NCBI GenBank assembly: GCA_002269645.1
Contig: NIVC01002479.1
Coordinates: 184,998-208,684 of the forward strand
Direction of reading: 5' to 3'
Source: Macrostomum lignano
Taxonomy: Eukaryota
Length of the DNA stretch: 23,687 bases
Part shown: in pieces, positions 21,196 to 23,687 of the stretch
Position numbering within the stretch: position 1 is the stretch's first letter
How the letters are laid out: each line of letters begins with the position of its first letter
Program-made: the position numbers and the translations under genes
The notes under the pieces: generated by a model
Seen by the model: the letters and a program-made list of their open reading frames with translations, nothing else
The model's database searches: none
What the model was told of the DNA's origin: nothing

Positions 21196-21288
21196 CCGGA
21201 TTCCATAGACCGAATGGCGAATTCTAGTCGGCTCTTCAAATACTCGTACATGCCTCGATAGCGATGGAAAAACACAGAGGTTGACAGA
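21196..21288 (-). CDS. THADA: THADA-like internal exon, 93 nt (LSTSVFFHRYRGMYEYLKSRLEFAIRSMESG)
   Basis: Acceptor CACCTTTTTTAG|T and donor GG|GTAAGT. Phase 2 in and phase 2 out. It resembles THADA MTGREFFSRFPELYPFL...QLE as recalled. Confidence 0.87.
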
Positions 21289-21379
21289 CTAAAAAAGGTG
21301 CAAGTACGGCGAGGTACTGGATAGTCTGGACAGTGCATTCGTGCGTAGGTTTTTGCGTGCTGCTTGTCAGCATTTAGGA

Positions 21380-23687
21380 CTAGAGCGATTCTTAGAAAGC
21401 TAGAGTAATTCTCAGAAAGCTAGAGCGATTCTTAGAAAGCGAGAGTAATTCTCAGAAAGCTAGAGCGATTCTTAGAAAGCTAGAGTAATTCTCAGAAAGC
21501 TAGAGCGATTCTTAGAAAGCGAGAGTAATTCTCAGAAAGCTAGAGCGATTCTTAGAAAGCTAGAGCGATTCTTAGAAAGCGAGAGTAATTCTCAGAAAGC
21601 TAGAGCGATTCTTAGAAAGCTAGAGTAATTCTCAGAAAGCTAGAGCGATTCTTAGAAAGCTAGAGCGATTCTTAGAAAGCTAGAGCGATTCTTAGAAAGC
21701 TAGAGCGATTCTTAGAAAGCTAGAGCGATTCTTAGAAAGCTAGAGCGATTCTTAGAAAGCTAGAGTAATTCTTACAGCTAGAGCAATTTGTAGAAAGCTA
21801 GAGCGATTCTTAGAAAGCTAGAGTAATTCTTAGAAAGCTAGAGCGATTATTAGAAAGCTAGAGCGATTATTAGAAAGCTAGAGCAATTCTTAGAAAGCTA
21901 GAGTAATTCTTACAGCTAGAGCGACTTTTAGAAAGCTAGAGTAATTCTTACAGCTAGAGCGATTTGTAGAAAGCTAGAGCGATTCTTAGAAAGCTAGAGT
22001 AATTCTTAGAAAGCTAGAGCGATTATTAGAAAGCTAGAGCGATTCTTAGAAAGCTAGAGTAATTCTTACAGCTAGAGCGATTCTTGGAAAGCTAGAGTAA
22101 TTCTTACAGCTAGAGCGATTTGTAGAAAGCTAGAGCGATTCTTAGAAAGCTAGAGTAATTCTTAGAAAGCTAGAGCGATTATTAGAAAGCTAGAGCGATT
22201 ATTAGAAAGCTAGAGCGATTCTTAAAAAGCTAGAGTAATTCTTACAGCTAGAGCGATTTGTAGAAAGCTAGAGCGATTCTTAGAAAGCTAGAGTAATTCT
22301 TAGAAAGCTAGAGCGATTATTAGAAAGCTAGAGCGATTATTAGAAAGCTAGAGCGATTTATTAGAAAGCTAGAGCAATTCTTAGAAAGCTAGAGTAATTC
22401 TTACAGCAAGAGCGATTTTTAGAAAGCTAGAGCGATTATTAGAAAGCTAGAGCGATTATTAGAAAGCTAGAGCAATTCTTAGAAGCTAGAGTAATTCTTA
22501 CAGCAAGAGCGATTATTAGAAAGCTAGAGCAATTCTTAGGAAAGCTAGGGCGATTCTTAGAAAGCTAGAGCGATTATTAGAAAGCTAGAGCGATTCTTAG
22601 AAGGCTAGAGTAATTCTTAGAAAGCTAGAGTAATTCTTAGAAAGCTAGAGTAATTCTTACAGCTAGAGCGATTCTTAGAAAGTTAGAGCGATTCTTAGAA
22701 AGCTAGAGTAATCTTTTTAGAAAGCTAGAGTAATTCTTACAGCTAGAGCGATTCTTAGAAAGCTAGAGTAATTCTTAGAAAGCTAGAGTAATTCTTAGAA
22801 AGCTAGAGCGATTCTTTAGAAAGCTAGAGTTATTCTTAGAAAGCTAGAGCGATTCTTAGAAAGCTAGAGCGATTCTTAGAAAGCTAGAGCGATTCTTAGA
22901 AAGCTAGAGCGATTATTAGAAAGCTAGAGCGATTCTTAGAAGGCTAGAGCGATTCTTAGAAGGCTAGAGTAATTCTTAGAAAAGCTAGAGTAGTAATTCT
23001 TAGAAAGCTAGATTAATTCTTAGAAGGCTAGAGTAATTCTAGAAAGCTAGAGTAATTCTTAGAGGCTAGAGTAATTCTTAGAAAGCTAGAGTAATTCTTA
23101 GAGAGCTAGAGTAATTCTTACAGCTAGAGCAATTCTTAGAAAGCTAAAGCGATTCTTAGAAAGCTAGAGTAATCCTCAGAAAGCTAGAGCGATTATTAGA
23201 AAGCTAGAGCGATTCTTAGAAAGCTAGAGCGATTATTAGAAAGCTAGAGCGATTCATTAGAAAGCTAGAGCGATTCTCTAGAAGCTAGAGTAATTCTCAC
23301 AAAGCTAGACCGATTCTTAGAAAGCTAGAGTAATTCTTAGAAAGCTAGAGCGATTCTTAGAAAGCTAGAGTAATTCTTTAGAAAGCTAGAGCGATTCTTA
23401 GAAAGCTAGAGTAATCCTCAGAAAGCTAGAGCGATTCTTAGAAAGCTAGAGCGATTCTTAGAAAGCTAGAGCGATTCTTAGAAAGCTAGAGTAATTCTTA
23501 CAGCTAGAGCAATTCTTAGAAAGCTAGAGCGATTCTTAGAAAGCTAGAGCGATTCTTAGAAAGCTAGAGCGATTCTCTAGAAAGCTAGAGCGATTATTAG
23601 AAGCTAGGCGATTCTTAGAAAGTTAGAGCGATTCTTAGAAGGCTAGAGTAATTCTCACAGCTAGAGCGATTATTAGAAAGTTAGAGC
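21380..23687. repeat. 20-bp tandem satellite TAGAG(CG/TA)ATTCT(T/C)AGAAAGC, about 115 units, with an 18-bp variant (TAGAGTAATTCTTACAGC); open at the window 3' edge and presumably intronic to THADA
   Basis: Read directly. The 20-bp phase is perfect over about 21381-21770, and indels appear distally. Confidence 0.98.

Larger units (their letters stand above)
9394..21288 (-). other. THADA: 3' portion (seven coding exons, about 660 codons) of a THADA/Trm732-like gene; upstream exons presumably lie beyond the window end
   Basis: The manually spliced peptide carries, in the expected order, motifs I recall from THADA downstream of DUF2428: FFHRYRGMYEYL (cf. FFSRFPELYPFL), PELFPILLLFSRL (cf. PSMFLLLLVLERL), FVPLIIACGSSPMIRVRHLSARALV (cf. 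FVPFIMRCGHSPVYHSREMAARALV), NQLHGALLQ (cf. NHIHGTLLQ), DLWEAAVTGLMDDCEEVS, LLAWLL and LFDRSELN (cf. LFEKAEVN). All introns are GT-AG with matching phases. Confidence 0.88.

Overview
Eukaryotic (metazoan) genomic DNA, roughly 60% tandem repeat. The GC-rich exons, (GACA)n tracts and minisatellite-filled introns are reminiscent of the flatworm Macrostomum; that taxon guess is inference only. The main gene is largely hidden from the ORF track. It consists of the last seven coding exons of a THADA/Trm732 (tRNA position-32 2'-O-methylation cofactor, ARM/HEAT-repeat) orthologue on the minus strand: 21288-21196, 21080-20955, 15418-14776, 12859-12367, 11427-11323, 10622-10465 and 9752-9394. All six internal introns are GT-AG and phase-compatible. 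The terminal exon carries an apparent 1-bp deletion near 9711. An intronless 428-aa class A (rhodopsin-type, peptide-receptor-like) GPCR at 18130-16844 is nested in the 5.5-kb THADA intron on the SAME strand. Nearly every intron holds a different tandem repeat (20-22-bp G-rich, 21-bp CT-rich, 16-bp, GACA/26-bp, 12-bp, 20-bp). Downstream of the gene lies an 8.35-kb 21-bp satellite with heptamer sub-structure and higher-order duplications. Most long ORFs in the track are repeat artefacts. I found no rRNA, tRNA, CRISPR array or recognisable intact transposon. Homology statements rest on my recollection of family motifs, not on a database search.
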